A DNA stretch of 64,000 nucleotides, from positions 2,195 to 66,194 of the forward strand of contig JADFMB010000001.1 in NCBI GenBank assembly GCA_022564115.1, written 5' to 3'. The stretch is from Pseudomonadota bacterium (GTDB lineage: Bacteria > Pseudomonadota > Alphaproteobacteria > Rhodospirillales > Casp-alpha2). The translations under genes were made by a program, and so were the position numbers. This document shows, one piece after another, positions 27,802 through 35,694 of this stretch (position 1 is the stretch's first letter; each line of letters begins with the position of its first letter). Below the pieces are notes generated by a model. That model saw only the letters and a list, made by a program, of their open reading frames with translations, had not been told where the DNA came from and ran no database searches.

Positions 27802-28635
27802 TCAGATAAACAGGTTAAGGACGGACCCGGGCTCGGGCCTGAACGGGCTCAGGAACTTGTTCAATGTGAAAGCGAAACTGGAGTTCGTTTCGAAGCTCAG
27901 CGAGATGGCGATCAAGAGGTTGGCGAATTGGCCCTTGATGTTTTCAATTTCCGTCGCCTTGCGGATCGCTTCGACGGTCGTCAAATCGGTGAAATCGGCA
28001 AGGATTTCGGCCTGTTTGGCTTGAATGTTCTGTTCCAGGTCGAGGGCCAAGCTGACGGTGTTCTGGGTCGTCGTCAGGGCCGTCAATAAATGATTTTGCA
28101 GCGTCGATACCGCAGCCGTGGCGTCGATGTTTTCCTGGTCCGTCGACTTGCTGCCGACGACGGGACTGAGGGCGTTCAGGTTGTCGATTTCCAACTTCAG
28201 GGTCTGGATGGTATTGCCGTCGACGATATCGGGAAGAACGAAGAAGTAAAGATTGTTGAGTCTTTCAACGATTTCGTCCCGTTTCGCGTTGAAGGCGTCG
28301 ACTTCGGCCTGGCTGACCGCGTCGTCCTCCCCCAGGGCGCTGGACAACGTGTCGGCATCCTCGAGGAGCTGTTGGATTTGGCCCAGGTTGTTGGAATTGC
28401 CGTTCCGGTAGGCTTCGATCAGCGGCAACGAGTCCGCCAGTTTCAAACCGTCACGCTGAAGCTTGGCAATCGTTTGCCGATCGCTGGCGCCGCTTTCGTT
28501 GATGCGTTTGATTTCCTTGTTGACACGCCTGATGATCGTGTTCTGCAACTGGGAAAATTGGAGCTCGAAATCCGGCTGAGAAGCAAACAGCCCTATATTG
28601 GCAAACGTTGCGGCGAGGGGGAAAATTTCGGCCAT
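27802..28635 (-). CDS. Hypothetical coiled-coil protein (277 aa), no family recognised
   Basis: This is a clean ORF, AT-richer than the surroundings and rich in helical heptads. The C-terminal residues GSVLNLFI recall flagellin-family C-termini (compare ILSLFR in the neighbouring flagellin). Confidence 0.6.
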   Translation of the reverse strand: MAEIFPLAATFANIGLFASQPDFELQFSQLQNTIIRRVNKEIKRINESGASDRQTIAKLQRDGLKLADSLPLIEAYRNGNSNNLGQIQQLLEDADTLSSALGEDDAVSQAEVDAFNAKRDEIVERLNNLYFFVLPDIVDGNTIQTLKLEIDNLNALSPVVGSKSTDQENIDATAAVSTLQNHLLTALTTTQNTVSLALDLEQNIQAKQAEILADFTDLTTVEAIRKATEIENIKGQFANLLIAISLSFETNSSFAFTLNKFLSPFRPEPGSVLNLFI

Positions 28636-28883
28636 TCTTTAGCTCCTGGAAGGGGGTTTCTACCCAGCAAGGAGACTACCACAAATCTCGGAAAAAATCA
28701 ATTTATTCTTTTTACACAATAAGTTAGTGTGGTTGCGCCAATTCCGGACAAGGTCTTTTTCAAGGGGTTGCAAACCTCCCTTATGGGTCTTGAATTGGCG
28801 TTTCAAAGGCATCCCTGGCGCCGAAAAAGGCGGCCGAGACGGGACCATATACCGATTGTTAACGTGTCCGGCCTAAACATTAA

Positions 28884-31118
28884 ATGTTACGGGTGCCTTC
28901 ACCCGGAAAACCGAAATTTCAATGGGTTTACCGTCAAATGCAGAACGCCTTAAAAGCGAAAAAAGCCAAATCCGCCAATAGACCTTCCGCCACCACCAAA
29001 AAAACGCCCCCCGGGAAGAAGCCGAAAAAGAGGAAATCCGTTAAAACGGCCAAAACCGGCAAGCCGAAAAAAACCAAGCCGAAAAAAAAGCTCGACCTTT
29101 CGAACCCCAAGGTCCGCGCCAAGCTGAAAAAGAAAAACCTGGCGCGCTTTAAAATCAAGGCCCCTGAGCTTTACCGGTTGGTCGAAAACTATGAGCCTTT
29201 AACGAAATTGGTTTTTGGCGATGACGGGCGGCCCGACGTCATTTTCGAGGGTGAATACTTCTACAACCAACGCTATGACGAATACGTTTCCCGGCAGCTC
29301 AAGGGTTTCTGGCGGGACCCGAAACGCCTGCGTATCGCCCCGATGCAGCCCGAGACCTTCGATGGAACCGCAGGCCTCTTTATCCACAAGATTCTAGAGC
29401 GCGGCACCAACAAGGGAATCGATTTCCATGTCGGTCACACTTCGGAAGAAAGCTATTTCCTATACATTTTTGGGCTCGGATTCGGCGAACATATCGATGA
29501 GCTCGTCAAAAAGACCAATTGCCGGGCCTTGGCGATCGCCGATCCCAATCCGGAATTCCTTTTTCATTCCCTGGAACTCTATGACTGGGGGAATCTTTTC
29601 GACACCATGGACAAAAGGGAAGCCGTCGTTCACGTTATTATCGAAAGCGATCCCGTTGTCCTTAGCTATAAAATCCGCACCTGGCTTCGCGGCAGCAACC
29701 CCATGGCCGTCGACGGGGCGACCCATTACATCCATTACAACAACCCGATTTTCGCCGCCGCCATCCAGCGGCTGGACGAAGACAAGGAACTGATTCTTTC
29801 GGGCCTCGGGTTTTTCTACGACGAAACCCTGATGATCAAGAACACCCACCACAATCTCTATCCCGGTACCGAGAGGGTTTACATGCGCCCCGAGGATCCG
29901 AGAATCGATGCCCCGGTGTTTGTCATCGGAAACGGCCCGTCGCTGGACAATGATCTCGATTTCCTGCGCGAAAACCAGGACAAGGCCATTATCGTCTCCA
30001 GCGGTTCGGCGCTGCGGCCCCTGATCCTCAGCGGCGTGGTCCCCGATTTCCAAATAGAAACGGAAAACATCGATGTTTTTCCCCTGATCGATCAGGTAGC
30101 AAAAGATCATGATATTTCAAAGGTTTGCCTGGTAACATCGACAACGGTCGATATTGAGGTGCCGCCTCTTTTCGATGACCTGCTCTATTACTTCCGGGGG
30201 TCCCTGAGCCCTTATCCCCTGTTCTGCAACTCCGACAAGCGGTGCCTGGGCAACCCCAACCCCACCGTCGTCAATGCCAGCCTTTCCTTTGCCCAGGAAC
30301 TGGGATTCAGGACTTTTTATTTTTTCGGTACCGACCTGGGAACCACCATGGGGGCCGAAAAACACCATTCCAAGCACGCCTACCAATATACCAAGGGGGC
30401 CATCGTCAGGCCGCAAACCTACAACATCCCCGTTCAAGCCAATTTCGGCGGCATCTGCATGGCCTCTGACGGCATGTTTTGGACCCGCGACGCCATCGAA
30501 AAGGCGATCCGCGAAATAGAATCGGGCCGAATGTATTTCAACTGCAGCGACGGCGCCCTGATCGAGGGCACGGTTTCCATGCCGTCGAATTTGGTTGAAT
30601 TGGACGATCTTTCCGAAGGCAAACGGCCGATCATCGATAAAATCAAGGAAGCCTTTCCTGTTTACGACCGCAAGGAATTCGATGACCACTGGGAAGACGA
30701 CAAGCTGCAAGAATACTTCAACGAATGGCTTGATGAATTCATTGCCCTGTCCATGGATGTGCCCAACTACGATGACCGGACCTACCTGACAAGGATCATG
30801 GCCCATTTTCATCCGGTGAGGCGGTTGCATCCGGGATCGTGGGGGCCGGCCCTGTTGTTCCGGGGGACGCTTTTCCAGATCATGATGAGCTTTGAATTCT
30901 ACCTCCGGCGGGTCGTCAAAAAGGACGTTCGCAAATTCGAAAAGATCGTCCGGAAAGAAATAATCCACGCCGTCGATTACCTTCGCGAAACAGCGGAAAA
31001 GGAATTCGGAACCCTGTCCAAGGACGCGGCGAAACGGGTCAAGAAGGCTATTTCCAAAAAGAAGAAGGCCTCCTCTAAAACTAAAAAAACCGCTAAAAAG
31101 AAATCCTCTAAAAAATAG
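28884..31118 (+). CDS. Motility accessory factor (Maf, DUF115/MptE-like) family protein 1, with Lys-rich N- and C-terminal tails
   Basis: The Maf core reads PVFVIGNGPSLDNDLDFLRENQDKAIIVSSGSALRPL...PDFQIETEN. It aligns along its length with the two other Maf paralogs in the window. ATG 28938 is the more likely start. Confidence 0.75.
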   Translation: MLRVPSPGKPKFQWVYRQMQNALKAKKAKSANRPSATTKKTPPGKKPKKRKSVKTAKTGKPKKTKPKKKLDLSNPKVRAKLKKKNLARFKIKAPELYRLVENYEPLTKLVFGDDGRPDVIFEGEYFYNQRYDEYVSRQLKGFWRDPKRLRIAPMQPETFDGTAGLFIHKILERGTNKGIDFHVGHTSEESYFLYIFGLGFGEHIDELVKKTNCRALAIADPNPEFLFHSLELYDWGNLFDTMDKREAVVHVIIESDPVVLSYKIRTWLRGSNPMAVDGATHYIHYNNPIFAAAIQRLDEDKELILSGLGFFYDETLMIKNTHHNLYPGTERVYMRPEDPRIDAPVFVIGNGPSLDNDLDFLRENQDKAIIVSSGSALRPLILSGVVPDFQIETENIDVFPLIDQVAKDHDISKVCLVTSTTVDIEVPPLFDDLLYYFRGSLSPYPLFCNSDKRCLGNPNPTVVNASLSFAQELGFRTFYFFGTDLGTTMGAEKHHSKHAYQYTKGAIVRPQTYNIPVQANFGGICMASDGMFWTRDAIEKAIREIESGRMYFNCSDGALIEGTVSMPSNLVELDDLSEGKRPIIDKIKEAFPVYDRKEFDDHWEDDKLQEYFNEWLDEFIALSMDVPNYDDRTYLTRIMAHFHPVRRLHPGSWGPALLFRGTLFQIMMSFEFYLRRVVKKDVRKFEKIVRKEIIHAVDYLRETAEKEFGTLSKDAAKRVKKAISKKKKASSKTKKTAKKKSSKK

Positions 31119-31181
31119 GACGCTCCCCGGGGTTTCCGAAATTACCGGCAAGGGAAGATCATCGGGCGGGCGGAGCTGACA

Positions 31182-32723
31182 ATGGCTGACGCCATTACTC
31201 TTGAAACAGTCAGAAAACTGATTGGTGACGGCAGACTCAAGGAGGCCTCCGAGGCCTGCCGGAAGCTGATCGAAGGCGGAGGCGACCCCGAAGCCCTCTA
31301 CCTTCTCGCCGTCACCACGGGTGAAGACGGTTTATACAGCGAATCGCTCACTCTATTCGAAAAGGCGGTGAACGAGTTTCCGGACCGCGCCGACGTCTTC
31401 TACAACTTCGGCACCGTCCTCATGAAAATGGGCAAGACCGATGAAGCGATTGCCTGCTGGTCGTGGGCGGTGGAACTCAGCCCCGGCTATGCCGAAGCTC
31501 ATTTCAACCTCGGCCGCGCCTATTCCGACGGCCGAATGTGGCCGCAAGCCCTGGACCATTACCAGCGGGTGTGCGCGCTTCGACCCAACAACCCCGACGC
31601 CTTTTACAACGCCGGCAACGTCCTTTTCCGGACGGGAAAATTAGACGAAGCCAAATACTGTTTCGAACAGGCCGTCTCGATCGATCCCGGCTATATCCAG
31701 GGCTGGATCAACCTGGGCCTGGCCGAGCTTCGTCAAGGCCATCCAGGGGCCTCTATCCGGGCGCTAGAAAAGGCCCTGGAAAAGGATTCCGACAACGTCC
31801 TGGCTCATTTCAATCTGGGTCAGGCCCTGCTCCTAAGCGGCCGCCTGAAAGAAGGGTTCGCCGAGGCGGAATGGCGCCGGCGGGTCGAGGAACTCCCCTT
31901 CCCCGTATCGGGCCGATCACCCTGGGAAGGAGGCGACATCGCGGACAAAAAAATCCTCCTTTACGGCGAACAGGGCCAGGGCGACGTTATCCACTTCCTC
32001 CGCTACGCCAAGATCCTGGCCGACCGGGGCGCGTGGGTCGGCGTTTATTGTCACGAAGGCCTGGCCGGTCTCGCCGCTAACGCCGAAGGCGTTGAAAAGG
32101 CGGCCTCTTTTTCCGACGAGCCCCCTCCTTTCGATACCTTTGCCCCGTTGATGAGCCTGCCCCATCTGCTTGAACTCACCGAAACAGACGGCATTCCCGC
32201 GGCCCCCTACATAACGCCGCCCCCGCCTCTGTCATTGGCGGGCGGCGAGGACGGAATCCGGGTGGGGCTTGTCTGGGCCGGCAACCCCGAGCACGACAAC
32301 GACATCAACCGTTCGGCGAAACTGGATGATTTTCGCCCGCTCCTGGAAATCGAAGGGATCGGCTTTTTCAGCCTTCAGGTCGGCGACGCGGCCCAGGAAA
32401 TCAAGACCGCCGGCCTTCAATCCCTGATTGCCGATCTTGGAAGCGGTTTTGACGATTTCACCGACACCGCCGCCGCCATTCAGGCGCTCGACCTGGTGAT
32501 TTCCGTCGATACCGCGGTTCCCCACCTGGCAGGCGCCCTGGGCAAAACGATCTGGCTTCTGTTGCCACGGGTTCCTGACTGGCGTTGGTCCCTTGAGGGC
32601 GAGAAGACCCCCTGGTATCCCTCCATGCGTCTTTTCCGCCAACAAGGAGTGCGGGACTGGCGGCCCGTGATCGAGCGCATCAGGGACGAATTAACGGACT
32701 TTGCCCGCCATCGGGGCGCCTGA
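31182..32723 (+). CDS. TPR-repeat protein with glycosyltransferase family 9 (heptosyltransferase-like) C-terminal domain
   Basis: N-terminal TPRs are followed by ILLYGEQGQGDVIHFLRYAKIL ... DFTDTAAAIQALDLVISVDTAVPHLAGALGKTIWLLL...PWYPSMRLFRQ. Confidence 0.7.
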   Translation: MADAITLETVRKLIGDGRLKEASEACRKLIEGGGDPEALYLLAVTTGEDGLYSESLTLFEKAVNEFPDRADVFYNFGTVLMKMGKTDEAIACWSWAVELSPGYAEAHFNLGRAYSDGRMWPQALDHYQRVCALRPNNPDAFYNAGNVLFRTGKLDEAKYCFEQAVSIDPGYIQGWINLGLAELRQGHPGASIRALEKALEKDSDNVLAHFNLGQALLLSGRLKEGFAEAEWRRRVEELPFPVSGRSPWEGGDIADKKILLYGEQGQGDVIHFLRYAKILADRGAWVGVYCHEGLAGLAANAEGVEKAASFSDEPPPFDTFAPLMSLPHLLELTETDGIPAAPYITPPPPLSLAGGEDGIRVGLVWAGNPEHDNDINRSAKLDDFRPLLEIEGIGFFSLQVGDAAQEIKTAGLQSLIADLGSGFDDFTDTAAAIQALDLVISVDTAVPHLAGALGKTIWLLLPRVPDWRWSLEGEKTPWYPSMRLFRQQGVRDWRPVIERIRDELTDFARHRGA

Positions 32724-32783
32724 TAAGGCTCCCAAACCACCCCGGGAAACCTGTGGATGATCCGGTTGCCGCGGAAAGGCGAA

Positions 32784-32813
32784 CCCGCCCCCTCCTTTTG
32801 GGGAGAGGGCGGG
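32784..32813. terminator. GC-rich hairpin between convergent genes (bidirectional terminator candidate)
   Basis: CCCGCCCCCTCC-TTTTG-GGGAGAGGGCGGG with one mismatch, lying between the stops at 32723 (+) and 32898 (-). Confidence 0.55.
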
Positions 32814-32897
32814 CCCTAATGCGCCTTTGGTAGGGGGGGGGAGGATCTCAAGAGCTCCGAAAGCGCGATTCTGGCGCTTTCAAGACCCTTTAAAACT

Positions 32898-34409
32898 TTA
32901 CCTGAACAGCGACAGGATACCCTGTTCGGCCTGACCGGCGAAGGCCAGGGCGCTGATACCCAACTGTTGTCTGGTTTGCAGCGCCAACAGGTTGGCGCCT
33001 TCTTCGTTGATGTCGGCAAGCGTCAGCTTCGCGGCGCCTGTCTCGAGGGTATTGACGTAGGTCTCCGTGAAGTCGAGACGGGTCTGCAGCAAGGCCACGT
33101 TCGAACCCAGGGTCTGGGCGTTGGAACGCAGCGTCGTCAAGGCGCTGTCGAGCTCGGCAATGACCGCATTGACCTGGGCCGCGTTGCCGATAACCACGTA
33201 GTTGGTGACATTCGCCGCGACGTCGGCGATGGCGATGCCGGTGGCCGCCGCCGCCGTGGCGTCGACAACGGTGATCGTGGCGCTGTTCAGGCCGTTGGCT
33301 GCAATCACACCAAAGAACCCGGTGTTGCCGATCGCCGCGATGTTGCTGTGCGCGGCCGAACCGACGCCCGACGAAAGCGTCAACGTGAACACGTCGCCGG
33401 CCGAAACCGCCTGGCCGGCCACGGTGTTGCCGGCGATAGAGATGCTCACGGTGCCGAAGGTGAACGACAGGGTGGTGCCCGAATCGATGGTCCGGGACGA
33501 TCCCTGGAAGGTGACGGTGATCGTTTCGCCGATGCTCAGCGCATTGTTCGACGTATTGGCGGCAAACTCGATCGTCGGGCCGAGGACGCCGTTTTTCGCG
33601 ATCTCGCCGTAAAATTCACCGGTGCCGACCCCGGTCCCGCGGATACCCGCCTCATCGGCGTCGGATGAAATATTCAGCGTGATGACATCGCCGGCCGAAA
33701 GGGAGATCGTGCCTTGGGTGCTGGCCTTAACGGCGATGGAAACGGTGCCGTAGGTGAAGGTCAGAGTGGACGCCGTATCGATGGTCCGGGCCGTGCCCTG
33801 ATAGGTGACGGTGATCGTTTCGCCGCCGCTCAACGTATTGTTCGACGTGTCGGCGGCGAAGTTGAAGACCGAGGCAACGATACCCGAGGCATGAATGGCC
33901 GCATCGATGCCCAAGCCGCTCTCGCGGACGTTGACGGCGTTGACCGAAAGCAGGCTCGAGGTCTTCTCCGAGAAACTCACCGACAGCGTATCCGTGGTGT
34001 TGTTGACCAGGTTCACGCCCTGGAACGACGCGTCGTCGGCCAGAGAACCGATCTGCGTCCGCAGGCTGTTGAACTGGGTCACCAGGTCGGTGAACTGGGC
34101 GCCGGTCGCCGACTTCAGGTTGGTGGCGACACCCTTGAGCTGGCGGACCACGTTCTCGATCGACTCGATGCCTTCGAGCGCGGCGCTAACCGTCGACACG
34201 CCCTGGTCGATCCCGTCCTTCTTCTCGTTGAAGTCGAAGGCGCGGTCGTTCAGCGTCTTCGCCTGGAAGAAGGCCACCGGGTCGTCGATGGAACTGGCCA
34301 CCCTGAGACCCGTCGACAGCCGGCCTTGGGTGCGGTCGATCAACCGAGTCGTGTTCTGAAGGGAAAGCAGGCTGCTGCGGACAGCCGATGAAAGAGTAAC
34401 GTCAGCCAT
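32898..34409 (-). CDS. Flagellin
   Basis: - N-terminus: LSSAVRSSLLSLQNTTRLIDRTQGRLSTGLRVASSIDDP.
- C-terminus: LRSNAQTLGSNVALLQTRLDFT...LLALQTRQQLGISALAFAGQAEQGILSLFR.
- AAGGAG RBS 8 nt upstream of the start.
- Ser/Thr-rich central domain with an internal duplication. Confidence 0.92.
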   Translation of the reverse strand: MADVTLSSAVRSSLLSLQNTTRLIDRTQGRLSTGLRVASSIDDPVAFFQAKTLNDRAFDFNEKKDGIDQGVSTVSAALEGIESIENVVRQLKGVATNLKSATGAQFTDLVTQFNSLRTQIGSLADDASFQGVNLVNNTTDTLSVSFSEKTSSLLSVNAVNVRESGLGIDAAIHASGIVASVFNFAADTSNNTLSGGETITVTYQGTARTIDTASTLTFTYGTVSIAVKASTQGTISLSAGDVITLNISSDADEAGIRGTGVGTGEFYGEIAKNGVLGPTIEFAANTSNNALSIGETITVTFQGSSRTIDSGTTLSFTFGTVSISIAGNTVAGQAVSAGDVFTLTLSSGVGSAAHSNIAAIGNTGFFGVIAANGLNSATITVVDATAAAATGIAIADVAANVTNYVVIGNAAQVNAVIAELDSALTTLRSNAQTLGSNVALLQTRLDFTETYVNTLETGAAKLTLADINEEGANLLALQTRQQLGISALAFAGQAEQGILSLFR

Positions 34410-34581
34410 GGATCAAACTCCTTTCTAGAGTTCTGTTCAGGGATATTTTATCCCCTCGACCGCAGCACCCCCTGTATCGAAATCCGGGAGATAATACAGT
34501 CATCGTGGGGTCCTTATTAAGTTAGATCGATAAATTTGTAAAGAGGCAATTTTTACCTACCTGGAGATCCGATCCAAAAAA

Positions 34582-34932
34582 TTATCTTTTCGACCCCTCC
34601 AAAAGGCCTTCGGAAATTTGCAGGTTGATATTGATAAGGGCGTCCAGCGTCGTTTCCGCCACCTCACCGTCGGCAAAGGTCCGATCGGCGACAAACTGGG
34701 CCAATTTGGTTAAATTATTTTTGACTTCGCCGGCCAGCACGCAATCTTCGCGCATGACGATGGTCCGCAGCGCCACCCAAATTTCCACGTTGACGTTCAA
34801 GGCATCGACAAGCGCCGAAGGGTTGTCGCCCTTCTCCCGACGGGCCTGATCGATGCGGATGGCGGCCTGGGAAAGTTGGAAGGCCTGTTCTTCCGCAAGG
34901 CTCCATTCATCCTGGGGCGCGACGTCAGCCAT
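34582..34932 (-). CDS. flaF: Flagellar biosynthesis regulator FlaF
   Basis: 116 aa with NVNVEIWVALRTIVMRED...VKNNLTKLAQFVADRT. It lies adjacent to flagellin and is divergent from flbT. Confidence 0.8.
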   Translation of the reverse strand: MADVAPQDEWSLAEEQAFQLSQAAIRIDQARREKGDNPSALVDALNVNVEIWVALRTIVMREDCVLAGEVKNNLTKLAQFVADRTFADGEVAETTLDALININLQISEGLLEGSKR

Positions 34933-35140
34933 TTTGTTTTTCTCCGCATGAAATTGGAAAGACCGAAAATAAGGCCTGCCTCTTTAAGGACAAGTTAACG
35001 CCCGGAAATTAATATCAACGGAGAGGGAAAAACGGAAAACTCCGAAGGACAACTGGCAAACCCTCGACGTTGAACTATGTTAACGAAGTAGAGTAGGTTA
35101 AAACTCTCTGGCTAAAATCCATTGGCAAGGAAAGCGTGCG

Positions 35141-35629
35141 GTGCCTTTAAAAATCGATTTCAAGTCCGGCGACAAACTGGTCATCAACGGCGCGGTGTTG
35201 GAGAATATCGGCCACAACGCCAAAATTCTCATCCATAACGAATCGGCGATCCTGCGGGAAAAGGAAATCCTTTCCGTCGCCGATACCTCGACCCCGGCGT
35301 CCCGGGTCTATTTCGCCCTACAGTGCGCCTACATATTCCCTCACAAAAAGGACGAGCACATCGGCTTGTACGCTGAATTCCTCAAGGAATTCGTGACCGC
35401 CTGCCCGAGCACCAAACCGATTGCCGATGAAATCGAAAAACTCGTCGCCGAGGACAAAATCTACAAGGCGCTGAAGCAAACCCAGAAGCTGATCGCCCAT
35501 CAAGCCAAAGTGCTGAAGAGCCTGGAAACAGGAATCGAAGAGGCTGCCGAAGAAGCTATCGACACCGAAGCCGTGGGCGGAGAGGACGCGGCGGAAGAAC
35601 AGGAAGAAGACCGCGCCGAGGCCGAATAG
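35141..35629 (+). CDS. flbT: Flagellar biosynthesis repressor FlbT (with acidic C-terminal tail)
   Basis: N-terminus: MPLKIDFKSGDKLVINGAVLENIGHNAKILIHNESAILREKEIL, matching the FlbT family signature. A GTG start is annotated by the ORF track. Confidence 0.85.
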   Translation: MPLKIDFKSGDKLVINGAVLENIGHNAKILIHNESAILREKEILSVADTSTPASRVYFALQCAYIFPHKKDEHIGLYAEFLKEFVTACPSTKPIADEIEKLVAEDKIYKALKQTQKLIAHQAKVLKSLETGIEEAAEEAIDTEAVGGEDAAEEQEEDRAEAE

Positions 35630-35694
35630 GCCTTTCCGGCTGATTGTCCTCCTATGTTGGCGTCACCCACTCAGACACGCTGGATGCCGGGAAA

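Noticed and set aside
34470-34560. A sigma-28 (TAAA-N15-GCCGATAA) or CtrA (TTAA-N7-TTAA) site upstream of flagellin, flbT and other island genes.
   Set aside because: I found TAAA and TTAA half-sites but no full match with correct spacing at any of the upstream regions I read. Several GTTAAC hexamers occur (28868, 34989, 35089, 41624, 41706), but roughly that many are expected by chance.
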